DNA from: Selaginella moellendorffii
Lineage: Eukaryota; Plantae; Lycopodiophyta
Direction: 5' to 3'
Length of the DNA: 64,000 nt
NCBI RefSeq assembly: GCF_000143415.4
Contig: NW_003314280.1
Coordinates: 2,238,611 to 2,302,610, forward strand
How positions within the stretch are numbered: position 1 is the first letter of the stretch; the number at the start of each line of letters is the position of its first letter. A model generated the notes under the pieces. The model made no database searches, was not told the DNA's origin, and worked only from the letters and a program-made list of their open reading frames with translations. The position numbers were made by a program, and so were the translations under genes. Positions 53,258 to 64,000 of this stretch are shown here, one piece after another.

Positions 53258-53932
53258 TTTTTAAGATTCTGGAAAAAAAAAATTAAAGTAAACAATGAGA
53301 TGATGTGTAGAGCAAGAAGTGAGTGACACCTGACACATTGAATGCTGGGGTCAAGCCAGTGCGCCAACGCATCACACAAAGGCTTTTAAACACCGCATTG
53401 CAAGCATCAATCAAGATGCTCAAAAACGCCGCAAGGATCACGAACCGCAGCAAGAAACAAAGACCAGGCAGCGTGCCACGCATATCACAGCAAGGATAAA
53501 AGCTCTAAAGTGATATCTATGAGCAGAGCAATCTATTGCCTGGATGCCAATGGAAGATACCTCGGAGGAGCGATGGATTCCGGGCGCGGCACCACGAGAT
53601 CCCGAAATATGAGCTGCTAGGTTCGCTACAAACCAGCGCCTCGCTCCACTCGCCCGGCGCCGATCATCCACAGCGCATCAAAGCCCTGGCGATGAAATGC
53701 CGTCTTCTAGGGCAAGCAAAAAGGAGTAGCATCTAGAAAAACACCCGCCACACGATGTTGGAGAGAAGAAACCAATGGCCGCCCTCCGCCAAAAAAGAAA
53801 GGTAGCAAAAACGCGAACCTAGGAAAGAGGACACTTGGCACCACTATGGTTTAGAATCAATCAAGTGTATATAACATGGTTTACTTACAAATATAATGTA
53901 GCGATTGATATTCACACAAGCAAAGAACTTCT

Positions 53933-55222
53933 TTAGAGTGACTCACACTTGGCCTGGACAAACGAGAGCTCGGAGCTCCCGCGATCATACAAGATGTGGT
54001 AGCCCTGCTGCATCACATTCCCGATTATACTAACCGGGAGGCCACCCGCGGAGCCCATGGCCAGGCACACGGTGTCGCCGCTATCGTCCACCACCAAGAA
54101 ATAGTTACTCGACGGCGGCGTCATGGTCGCGCCCGCCAGCCGGATGGTCAACGCCGGGAACTTGTAGTTGCGGTTGGAGGACCGGTCGTAGCAGAGGTCC
54201 AGCCCCATGGACGACCCGTCAACCCTGGGGAGGGTCACCATTGACTCCATCCGGGAGAGCACCCGGCCGTACACCCCCGATGGCACGTACGTCAGCGTCG
54301 TCCCGGAGTCAATGATGGTCGTGCCTGGGCTGCCCATGGTCTGACCGGCGACGGCGATGCCGTTGACCGTGAGCAGGTAGTACGTCGGGTAGGTGTCGCT
54401 GGGCGGGGTGATCTTCGTTGACTGGATGCCGGTGCCGTGCAGCGCCGCCGACGGGCCGAACAGGAGAGGGGAGCTCTCCGATTGGCTGTTGATGTCCACG
54501 AGGCAGTAGGAGAACTTGCTGTCAATGGCGGCGGAGAGCTGCGAGGTCAACGACACGGGACCTTGGCCCAGCCCGACAAGCCCATCCACGCCGTCGAAGC
54601 CAGAGTTGACCATGCCGCATCCGACGGCGAAGGACGGGAACTTCTGGCTGCCGCCACTTGTCGTGCCCAGGGAGATGGTGTCGCGCGCGAACTCGCCCTC
54701 CGTCTCGCCGCTGCCATACTCGTACGAGTAGCTGCAGGCGCTGGAGCCGGGCTCGCAGGATCCGGGGAGCTCCGTGCAGAGCTGCGAGGAGCAGTCCATC
54801 TCGCGGAAGGTGGACGACTGGCGGGGATCGAAGATGGTGCCGCCCGAGCAGCCCGTGCACGGCTCGGATTGCACCCACACCAGATCGCTGCCCGTGTCCG
54901 CGATGGCGCGGAACCTCTTGCCCGGCGTGCCCACCGAGATGTCCATCACGTAGCCCCCGCCGTCCGGGTGGAGCGGCGATTCCACGTCCGTAGTGCCGGC
55001 CATCGACGACCATGAAGACGAATTCGCCCGCGCTGCCATCCATCTCACTCGCGCGTGGCTCTTGGCCACCAGCCCGCGGATCGCCTCGCTCCTCTTGACC
55101 CCATTGCGCCGCATGGCCTCCTTGGCGGGATGGATGAGATTCACCCGGAAGCCGTGAGCGATGAGCGACGACTCCAGGAAAAGCATTGCCAGCAGCGGCA
55201 GCGCGATCGAGCGAAAGCCCAT
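53933..55222 (-). CDS. Secreted A1 aspartic protease, nepenthesin-like, intronless
   Basis: Signal peptide, catalytic DTGS and DSGT motifs, Cys-rich insert, IIGNVMQQ. Confidence 0.95.
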   Translation of the reverse strand: MGFRSIALPLLAMLFLESSLIAHGFRVNLIHPAKEAMRRNGVKRSEAIRGLVAKSHARVRWMAARANSSSWSSMAGTTDVESPLHPDGGGYVMDISVGTPGKRFRAIADTGSDLVWVQSEPCTGCSGGTIFDPRQSSTFREMDCSSQLCTELPGSCEPGSSACSYSYEYGSGETEGEFARDTISLGTTSGGSQKFPSFAVGCGMVNSGFDGVDGLVGLGQGPVSLTSQLSAAIDSKFSYCLVDINSQSESSPLLFGPSAALHGTGIQSTKITPPSDTYPTYYLLTVNGIAVAGQTMGSPGTTIIDSGTTLTYVPSGVYGRVLSRMESMVTLPRVDGSSMGLDLCYDRSSNRNYKFPALTIRLAGATMTPPSSNYFLVVDDSGDTVCLAMGSAGGLPVSIIGNVMQQGYHILYDRGSSELSFVQAKCESL

Positions 55223-55584
55223 TGTCGAGAAAAGTAGGAAGGAAAAGTATGAGCTCTCGCTGCGTTGCTTTTCTCGCCACCCAACAATCAACGAGGCCCC
55301 GAGCGACTTAAAAAGGAGCCGCCTCCCCGAGCAAGCCGCCCGCTTTCAGGGTGCGTGACCCGAAAGAAGATGACTGCGTAGGTAATCTTTTCTCTTCCCC
55401 AACTGCGAGCATCAACGTATCGATCGCCCTGTCCACCTTTCGCTCTCCTTCTCGGGCTATTTCCCGCGATCACGCTATCGCGAGGAATCCTCGGTGACGT
55501 ATTTTCAGTTCTTGGCCAATTATTGGGTCTTAGAACATGACAAAAGTGGAAAACCAACAAGAAAAAGAGAAGAAGTTTTTCTAT

Positions 55585-56190
55585 CTTACCTCCTCTCAGC
55601 ATCGAGACTCCTCTCCACCCAGTCGCTACTCTGCCCGGAATGCTTGCTTTGAAAGATTCCATGTCGTAGCCACACCAGTGGAATTGCAAGTCCGATCATC
55701 AGCCAGAGGCATAGCGCCGAGCGGTGTGTCGGGAAGAGCATCCCAGCCGAAGGAGAGCTCGTCCGGCTTGCTCTGATCCCACGATGGCATCATCTCGAAG
55801 AGATCCACTGCTGCGTTGTTGAGAGCGAGCTTGGTGCGGGCATCGAGATGATGTCACGAGCATGTCGTCGACGCGCGAGAGATGCAAGCCGCGAGTATTG
55901 AGTTGCAGCACCGTTGGCTCCAAGTGGCGTCTTTCAGAGAGCCCTTTCGTGTTGGCTGATCGAAGCATCTGGCGAGAAAGCTGGAGAGTACATGCAACGG
56001 ACTACGTGTTCTTGGCGATGATCGCGTCAAACACCCACAGGGGATTTCAGGCAGCCTCGTTTCCCAAACGCGCGAACTAGATAGTCTGTTAGCCTTGGCT
56101 CGACCTTGCAATCCGACACCAAACGGTTTTTCAGCTAGGCTTGAGATTTACGAGCACTTTTCCATTCCTCCGTCAGGACGTCCAGATATT
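55585..56190 (-). pseudogene. Deleted paralogous copy of the PPR gene at 58971-59972
   Basis: Shared blocks (TCTTGGCGATGATCGCGTCAAACACCC, GGCAGCCTCGTTTCCCAAACGCGCGAA, GAAGGAGAGCTCGTCCGGCTTGCT) separated by frameshifting deletions. Confidence 0.9.
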
Positions 56191-56648
56191 CTGAAAGATG
56201 ATAAACCTCAAATTCTGAGAAGGTTCTTGCGGCCGTCCTAGGATCATAAAATCCTTTGAGGTGTCGAACTTAGTTGACCACCACAAAATCCAAGATAAAC
56301 TAAAATGTGTGAGGCCAAAGTGAGTCAAAGAGAGTGTAGACAAAGCCATTACCACAGTACCAGATAATTTTTACTATTTTTAACCAAAGTCTGTCAAAAA
56401 TAAGGAAAATATTAACTTTAATCATTGCCAAAGTAGCTTTTGAATCTGCAAAAATGAATATATTTCATGTGTTTATTATTATTTTTTTATTAAAAGTAGA
56501 AGTATCCATGTAATTATAACTATTCATTTAGAAAGTGAATTTATTGTGCATCAAAAAATGATGATATTAGGTGGCATTCTTTACATAATAATGAAAACTT
56601 ATCATGGGAGTTCACATCTCATTATTTTCTTCATCTATACATAAAGAT

Positions 56649-57728
56649 AATGTTTGGGCAGACTTTGATGCTTATGATTTTAGATATGGTTTGATTAGGA
56701 ATTTATATTTTCTCACATAATAAAATCCTTTTTATATCTTTCTAATATGTAAAGAGATTTGTTGCTTGTGTATGGTTGGGGGTGGCCACTCATGATCTCC
56801 CAAGCATCAAATGGGGTAGTGATATCCTAAATGGTATATGAATTATTCACTATAGGATTGTAATATTGTGACACCTGTGGTGCGTTCTTTCTCTCCCCGC
56901 CAGGACACAGCATCACTCTTATGCTTCTCGGTGGCGAGAAAATCCCAGACAAAGATTTCTGCCATGAAGAAAGCGTACAAATGTGTTGGTAAGTATAGCC
57001 TGTGCAACAAAATAATGGTTTATACAAAAAAATGAAATAGGATATATGTATTTATTAGTTTTAAATAAGGTATACCAAACTTTAGTCAAGAAGAATCAAA
57101 ACTACTAAATAGTAAGTGTATAATAAAATAATTTTTTGTACAATAGAATGATTAATAGGATACACTTTTAGTCAAGAAGAACCAGAACTATTAGAAATAA
57201 AACTAAAGTACAGTATATAAAAATTATAATTTTTTTAATTTTTTGGAAACCTATAATAAGTGTAGTGAGTATATCTAGAATATCCAAATATAAATCTTTA
57301 ATTCAATTGTTGAGATTGAGAATAAATGTTATTTAGGGGATTGAAGATTTTATAGCTTAAGTTACTCTTGGTTCTGCTGCAGCTGATGAATGAATTAGAG
57401 CAATTCCAATCTATAATCAGCGTGACAAGCTGAATTCATTTCATTAGCCTTCACAATTAATGTCATTGACTCCAGTTCTATCTTTGATGTTTGGGGGTAT
57501 CCCAGCCCTCAGTTCATATACAAACAACAAATCTCTTTACAGATATAAAAAAGATTTTATTATTTGAGAAAATATAAAATTCCAAATCAAGCCAAAGGTA
57601 CTATTATATAAAAATTATCTAATTTCAATATCTTATATTTATAAACATTCCTTCACTGTAAATAATTTTATTTAAATGTGCATATCATATCTAAAATTAT
57701 AAGCATCAAAAAAGTCTGCCCAAACATT
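56649..57728. mobile_element. AT-rich foldback/MITE-like element with imperfect long terminal inverted repeats
   Basis: 56649-56773 is the reverse complement of 57515-57728, the right arm carrying an insertion; no clear target-site duplication. Confidence 0.65.
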
Positions 57729-57729
57729 C

Positions 57730-58490
57730 GAAGACTCTTGGAGCCCCATCAGTTATCCTATATAGACTATTGCAATGTTGGTTGTTGAAACTAGTGAGAA
57801 ACATTACTTACACCATGTAGCATCTCAAGAATGTCAGGATGCTTCTTTGGCAGGACATGAGTCCAAGGAAAACAACAGTACCTATTTCTGGTCATGAGGA
57901 CCTACGAAGGGCATACTGTGGAGTTAAGGACATGTGGGCTAGGATGGCATGAAGTCACGGAGGTTTATTGTTGACTTGCAAAATCATAGGTGTTGCCATT
58001 GCTGGAGGGGCAATCGGGCAGTGGTTCTTCGTCCCGTTGCAATTGGTACATGTTGAACAGTTTCAATGTCTTGATAGCAGATATGGTTCTCTCAGGGTAA
58101 CTTGCATCCCTCCCAATTACCAGCCCCCAAGTGAAGGCTTATGCTAGCATTTTACAATGTTGTCATTCCATAGATCACCACTTGAGGTTTGGGACATGAC
58201 TCAAGATCCATCCCTAGATATGTTGTGCATGCATTTTATCTCGGTTTGTGCAAATTAAATCAAGGACATTATATTGTGTTTTTCCATACTTACGAGGATC
58301 CCACCTTGTTGCAAGTAAACATTAAGGACCCAATGGTTAAGTTGTTTGTTCCATGTTATTCTTGGTAATCCAGCCCCCAAACCTATGTGAGGACAGTGCT
58401 TGAGATCGCTGCTTGAATGCATATTCTGTTGTCCCTGACCATATAACCAAGGTACTTGTAGTTTATTACCTGATGTGCATGGCTAAAAGG
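57730..58490 (-). mobile_element. Decayed LINE-like reverse-transcriptase remnant
   Basis: Minus-strand VINYKYLG (~58450-58470), typical of the non-LTR RT C-terminus; many stops. Confidence 0.4.
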
Positions 58491-58779
58491 GTTCCGCTTA
58501 GATCGCAAATAACTTCGAGAAAATAGAATTCACCATCCAGTCTCGAGTGAAATCTTCATTAGCTTCTTGTAAAAAAATCGGGCAGAGCGAGAAACAACTT
58601 GTCACACGCTTCAGCTGTGAGACCCCAAGCATCTGTTTGTGTAAGGCGGTCATTCGCTGCGAGAATCTGCTGAATGCGTGGGCCTGGGAGGTGGCTGGGC
58701 CTCCTACGTGTTGGGTGTAGAGTTGTGGAAGATAGTAATCTCCATGCTGTTTCAACAGCACAAAGATGGGCTTAACAGG

Positions 58780-58880
58780 TTTTATGAAAGCTTTATGAGG
58801 TGCTGTTCGAAGCAGCATTGCTAGCAACAGTAACAAGATTGAGCAAAAGCCCATTGTCGAGAAAAGTATTCTTTTCACTT
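58780..58880 (-). pseudogene. 5' fragment (signal-peptide region) of an aspartic protease paralog
   Basis: AAAGCCCATTGTCGAGAAAAGTA is identical to the start region of the protease gene (55214-55236); encodes MGFCSILLLLLAMLL, then diverges. Confidence 0.8.
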
Positions 58881-58970
58881 CCCCAACTACACCTTCGCTC
58901 TCTCTCTTTCAGCGATCTCGGTGACGTGAATTACAAAAGTGGAAAAATAAAAGAAAGATTTTTTTCTATC

Positions 58971-59972
58971 TTACCTCCTTTCAGCTTCGAGGATTCTCTC
59001 CACCCAGTCGCTACTCTCGTCCGGAATGCTCGCTTTGAAAGGCTCTATGTCGTTTTTCCTCCTGTAGCCACACCGGTGGAACAAGTCCGCCATGCAGCCG
59101 TAGTGGAGCTTGATTGGAGCGATGTGATAGTCGCGGATCATCAGCCACAGGCAGCGCCGAGCGGTGTCTCTGGACGAGCATCCCAGCAGGAGCGAGACGA
59201 AGGAGAGCTCGTCCGGCTTGCTTCCATCCAGATCCATCACCCTCCTCAGCTCCATTGCGGTCTTGAAATCTCCCGCGTGGCTGTAAGTCGCGAAGATGAT
59301 GTTCCAGGCCGGGACGTCTCGGCACGGCATCGAGTTGAAGAGCGCGATCGCCTTGTCAACGTTTCCAGCCCGTGCATGGCCTGCGAGGAGCGCAGTCCAC
59401 GACACCTGATCCCGCGACGGCATTCTCTCAAAGAAATCTGCTGCGTTGGAGTTTCTGTTGAGCGAGCTTGCTGCGAGCATCGAGCTCCAAGAGACGATGT
59501 CACGAGCCGGCATCTCGTCGAAGAGTTGTTTCGCGCGCGAGAGATGCCCGTTCTGGGCATAAGCCGCGAGCATCGAGTTCCAGCACCCTTGGCTCTTGGC
59601 ACCGCTTTCGAATTTATTCTTGGCGTCCTCCAGAGAGCCCTTGCGTGTTGGCTGATCGAAGCATCTGGTGAGAGCGAAGCTGGAGAGCACCAGCAACCAG
59701 GACTTGGTGTTCTTGGCGATGATCGCGTCAAACACCCGCAGGGAACATTTCAGGCAGCCTCGTTTCCCAAACGCGCGAATCAGATAGTTGCCAAAGTCTG
59801 TGTCTCTTAGCTTTGGCTCGATCCTTGCAATCCGACTCCAAACGTTTTCCAGCTGCGGCAAGCTTGTTGAAGATCTGACGAGCTCTTTCCATTCCTCCAC
59901 GTCCAAAACATACCTGAGAGACAAGTGCTTAAGGCCAGTCAGGACGTCCAGGTCGCCCAAAATATTTGTCAT
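58971..59972 (-). CDS. PLS-class pentatricopeptide repeat protein, short, with partial E-like tail and no DYW domain
   Basis: Tandem short motifs (LFDEMPARDIVSW, FFERMPSRDQVSWTALL, LFNSMPCRDVPAWN), KPDELSFVSLLLGCS, HYGCMADL. Confidence 0.85.
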   Translation of the reverse strand: MTNILGDLDVLTGLKHLSLRYVLDVEEWKELVRSSTSLPQLENVWSRIARIEPKLRDTDFGNYLIRAFGKRGCLKCSLRVFDAIIAKNTKSWLLVLSSFALTRCFDQPTRKGSLEDAKNKFESGAKSQGCWNSMLAAYAQNGHLSRAKQLFDEMPARDIVSWSSMLAASSLNRNSNAADFFERMPSRDQVSWTALLAGHARAGNVDKAIALFNSMPCRDVPAWNIIFATYSHAGDFKTAMELRRVMDLDGSKPDELSFVSLLLGCSSRDTARRCLWLMIRDYHIAPIKLHYGCMADLFHRCGYRRKNDIEPFKASIPDESSDWVERILEAERR

Positions 59973-60279
59973 CTTTCCGGGTCATTCTCCTGACACTGGA
60001 CTTCTCGACTGAAATAGAGAAACGAGCTTTTATAGAAAATTCTTAATTATTCCACATTTAGAAAGGAATAATGTTTCGGATGCTTATAATAATAGCAAAT
60101 GTCAAATACTAGAAAAAAGAGTTTGGTGGAAGGCTTTGCCAAATTGGTATTTATTGAGATAGAATATTTAGAGAAGTATGCCAATTTAATCTCAAAATAA
60201 AATTTATATATGAAAATATAGAAATAAAAAACACACACAGGAAAGAGGAAATATCTTACCACCAAAGAACTTCTCAAGC

Positions 60280-61925
60280 CTAGAACTCGTCATCTGTGCT
60301 GTCTTCTACTTGTTCATTACCATTGTCAGACTCGTCGTCTGAAATAGCCTCCGAGACGTCCTGGAGAAGCTGTTGATGATCACAGCAGACGAAAAATATA
60401 AAATCCTAGCTACCTTTGAAGGTGAGTGGCGAGCCTGGTTAAAGTTGAAAGAGTTCTCTTGTGGATTGGCAACAGTGTTCCCCGTCTCAGCTAATAGTGC
60501 AAAAGAGAGCTTTGAGTCGCTCCAAGAGAGCTCGCTTAGTTCCACATTATCCTTGTTATTTCCACTCTCCTCTCCTCGAAGGATTTGTAAGTTCTGTAGC
60601 AAGCTGAAGTAAGAATAATACAATCGAAACCTTGACACTTATCACCTCGTCTTGCAATTGTTGTTGGAGACGCTTCATCATAGCAAACGATTCTTGTAGT
60701 TTTTCCTGCTCTTCTTGATTGTGTGTTTCTAGTTGACTCTCTAGCCATCGTAGATTGTGGAATTTCTCGAGATAAACACCAAAAAGGCGCTGGAGCTCAC
60801 TTTGGAGCACTTCGTACTCGTCAAGATATGCTGGCCTGTTCATAAAACGCAAACACAATGAGAGTTCTCCAAAAGGTTTCAATGTTATCGATACCTGACG
60901 TTTTCAAGCACCGATAGGCGCTTTTTGCACCGCTCAAGCTCCACTTTTCGTTTCTCATGTGTTATACTCAGTGATTTTTCATCCTTCTCGCAGCTATGCT
61001 GTTGCTGCTCAACCGAAGAAACTGTTTGCAGCAAACTAAAAGTACCTTCTCTAACCAAATTCTCAATCTGCTCAATGTCAGTGTTTGTCGAAGCAGCCAT
61101 GTTTCGCTCTCCCTATCGCAGCATCAATCCCAAAAGTTACAAATGCAAAACCACAAGTTTATATCTACCTGAAGCTGCATTTCGGTCGCCAAATCGTCGT
61201 ATAGCGTTGCTCCAGCCTTGATGATCTCTAGAACAAGTGATCGAGCTGCTTTCACATCAAATGCCCGTTTGAAGAGTGTTGTCTCTGGCAACTGCATAAC
61301 CCAATGGAGAAAACATCACGAGGAAAAGAAAAACAAAATTCTCACAGACCTTTTCAGAAGAAGCTGATGCAATGGCTTGCTGAAGCAATGTGGAAACTTG
61401 GAGGAGCTCGGCCGTAGCATTGCTATCAGCCATATATAAACTTCGCAAATTCAGCTTCATCCTGGTCTTGAGAAACTAAGATCCATCAAAACAAAAAAAC
61501 TTAGAAAAGAACTTGGAAAGGAAAGAGAGAAAAATAATCGGAATCGAGCAATGACGATGAATCACCATGACCCGGCCAGCAGACTTGAGAAATGCAATTC
61601 GACCCTCTTCCGTCGAAACGTCGCCGTGGAGCTGGACTTCAGGATCATACCTACAAATTCTATCTTCCAAGAATCCAAAGATTGCCAGATTATTACCTCG
61701 GAAGAAGCCAGCGGATACAGCTCGCCACTGTATCGAAATGTGGAGTCCGGAAGCTCTCCATTGACAGGCCATCGCCCGGATATCCCAGAGATTTCATGGA
61801 TTCGATGAATTCTGGAGCTCCAAAGAGAGATTTAGAAGATTTGTCTCGAGAAAGAAGAAGATCGTACTTCGTATCAGGGCGTGAGAGCAAGAAGGCACTG
61901 TCGCCATCGCCATCGCCATCGCCAT
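60280..61925 (-). CDS. CLUAP1: Clusterin-associated protein 1 / IFT38 (IFT-B subunit)
   Basis: FIESMKSLGYP...SMESFRTPHF, KLNLRSLYMAD, ELERCKKRL..LENVRPAYLDEYE, acidic tail ending STDDEF*. Confidence 0.9.
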
Positions 61926-62159
61926 CGCTAGCCCTAAAACTTTGCCGCGCTCCACATCCAACGGCCCAAGATCCAACGGTGGGGATTCGCTCGCGGCGGA
62001 GTGACCGCCCCATAAGCCCCAGGAATCAAGAAAGTGAGGATCTTACGGCCGACAGCGATTACACTTCCTGTGGGAAGCGCTCTCCGCAATCAAGATCGGC
62101 GAGATCGATAGCGGATCACAGAGAAAGAATAAATTTGATCCTGTGCCCGCGATCCTGCG

Positions 62160-62270
62160 GTTTTGGCTCTAACGAAGGGGAGGCCGTAGAGCACGAAGAG
62201 CGTCGCGACATAAGGGCTTGAGAAGTCACCCGTGGTATGGTTCTTGACGATCTTATGGAAGGTTGGCCTG
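62160..62270 (-). pseudogene. SWEET exon fragment
   Basis: PTFHKIVKNHTTGDFSSPYVATLFVLYGLPFV is a deleted version of the SWEET third exon, preceded by an acceptor-like TTGACAG. Confidence 0.8.
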
Positions 62271-62459
62271 TCAAGCAAATGTCATGCCCGAAAAAGCGTC
62301 CAGTAGAAATTTCAATATATATTCCAAGTGGACTTTTTGGCTATTTTTTGTCATTTCTTTTCATAATCAACTTGCTTTCCAAGTCAAACTTTGTAACAAA
62401 GCCAAAGTGATATTTTAAGTGAAGGATTCTCCAAGCAACCAGATCGTCCAAGAAACTCA

Positions 62460-63386
62460 ATGAGACTGAAGGCATTGTATCTAGTGCTGTTGCAGATTTT
62501 TTGCCTTTCTCGGTGCTCATGCATGCGCTTTGACGAGGCATCTATACCAGGTAGGCTCAACCTCCAGCAAGTCGTCATCATGGAGATCCGCATTCGCTCC
62601 TTCATCAGAACTAATATTCAACCAGATATATTTTATAATTCGCAGTCATGGGGAGAAACTCTCCAAATTGATACTGACAATTTTTGCATTGTAAGGCTAA
62701 CACTCTTCACCATGGAATCAGATGGAAGTTGTAGCCTTGGACCCTCCCCAATGAGACTCCGGGGATCTTCTCTCATACAAATAAGTAATTATCTGGTTGA
62801 TCGAATTGGAGAAGCAGCTCGCATGTATGGCTATGGTCGCATTATGGCCGTCTCAGGACTTCTAAGCATTGATTATCGGATTTACTCCACATCCCTGCCA
62901 CAAGCGACACATATTAGTCAACCTTTAGAGATTGTCCTCAATATTAATCCTTCCAACTCAACTCTTAACTCTACTCGAGAGTTGTATGGCCAAAATGAGT
63001 GCTATGCTTTTCGCTCTGGAATGGTGAGTGGAGAGCGAGGAGCGCTTGGATCTGACCTCTACAGCGGCTCTCGTCTTGTGTCTCCCAACGGCTTCTACGA
63101 GCTCGTTTTGAAAAACGACTGTAACTTGGTGCTATTAGCGATGGGATGGAAAGAGCTTTGGTCGAGTTCCACAGCTGGAAAAGGTGTTAGATGTGTACTC
63201 ACTCTCCAGAGGGATGGGAACTTGGTGCTCTTAGGAGGAGATGGAAGAGGTATCTTTGCATCAAACATTTATTGTCAGCCACAGCCTCACTGCATCTTTG
63301 GAACCAATTTGGTGCTTGAAAATAGTGGATCCGTTTCAATCTATCGTGCCTCCGGGCCTATGCTTCTCTTATGGCGACGGCCATGA
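62460..63386 (+). CDS. Secreted protein with C-terminal bulb-type (GNA) lectin domain and a possible RIP-derived N-terminal region, intronless, 308 aa
   Basis: Signal peptide; lectin motifs LVSPNGFYELVL, DCNLVL, LWSS, LQRDGNLVL; N-terminal region contains EAAR. Confidence 0.85.
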   Translation: MRLKALYLVLLQIFCLSRCSCMRFDEASIPGRLNLQQVVIMEIRIRSFIRTNIQPDIFYNSQSWGETLQIDTDNFCIVRLTLFTMESDGSCSLGPSPMRLRGSSLIQISNYLVDRIGEAARMYGYGRIMAVSGLLSIDYRIYSTSLPQATHISQPLEIVLNINPSNSTLNSTRELYGQNECYAFRSGMVSGERGALGSDLYSGSRLVSPNGFYELVLKNDCNLVLLAMGWKELWSSSTAGKGVRCVLTLQRDGNLVLLGGDGRGIFASNIYCQPQPHCIFGTNLVLENSGSVSIYRASGPMLLLWRRP

Positions 63387-64000
63387 AAGCGGCCAAGCAA
63401 TGAATAAAAGCTTCTTGATCCAGCTCATACCGCAGCAAGAGAAGAGTTCCAAGCTTCAGAGATTGTCCACAGGTAACCGTAGCAAGGCTCGCAACACGGG
63501 TGATCCAGAGTGCTCTGAGTTCATAGCGACCATGGCAACGGTCAAGAACTGGGTTATGGGCTATGAAGTAAGATATATAAATTTCTGGTTTAAAAGAAGT
63601 TTGAGATTATTCAGAGAATATTACTTTTTGGTGTTTATAATGTTTAAAATCCTCAAATTCAAAAAAATTGGATTCCCTCCCTAAGTCCTTCAATCCTTTC
63701 TAATTGTTCAAGTAATCATGCGGTCCATTGAATGTCTTGTTCCTGGTTGCTCTCAACGTGTGTGGGATCCTCAAGCAATGGGACCAGGATTCAGGATAGG
63801 ATTCATCACCAGATCCAAGATAAGCGAGATTGAGAATGCCCTTATGAGCATGTAAAGTGTGGAATTTTGGATCTTGTAAAAGAGCTTTTTGACTGATTGG
63901 AGGAAGAATGTTATCAACTGGACAATTTTGGTCTAGGTGTTTTTGGAGAATCGGCATTTTCGGTGGGTGGATAAAGCCAAAGAGATCTCAAAAAGATGGT

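Noticed and set aside
63660-64000. Possible retroelement fragment at the window end (ORF 63700-63957)
   Set aside because: No diagnostic motif and truncated by the window edge.

Overview
Eukaryotic nuclear DNA from a compact, gene-dense land-plant genome. Short introns (mostly ~50-70 bp), an intraflagellar-transport gene (CLUAP1/IFT38) and a short-motif PLS-type PPR gene suggest a lycophyte such as Selaginella (inference). 1-13.7 kb: two nested, coding-dead, minus-strand Ty3/gypsy-like LTR retroelements; the younger has near-identical LTRs carrying a hierarchical tandem-repeat array. 13.7-64 kb: RAP, plastid enolase, MAKR/BKI1-like, CTP synthase, a disrupted proteasome beta5-like gene, F-box/kelch-like, ZIFL MFS transporter, ACT-domain alpha-glucan phosphorylase, PDH E1alpha, UreF, G2484-1-like Agenet protein, ABCB28, an unidentified 82-aa sORF, ribosome recycling factor, SWEET, LACS8/9, nepenthesin-like protease, PPR, CLUAP1 and a secreted GNA-lectin fusion. 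Several local pseudogene copies, a foldback element and a LINE remnant lie between genes. Top leads: (1) a secreted protein joining a shortened ribosome-inactivating-protein-like region to a bulb-type lectin; (2) a coding-like sORF ending 14 bp before the ABCB28 ATG, plus two 90-bp tandem gene gaps, as candidate polycistronic units; (3) a divergent beta5-like Ntn protease. All family calls come from motif recognition by eye, and most exon boundaries are approximate.
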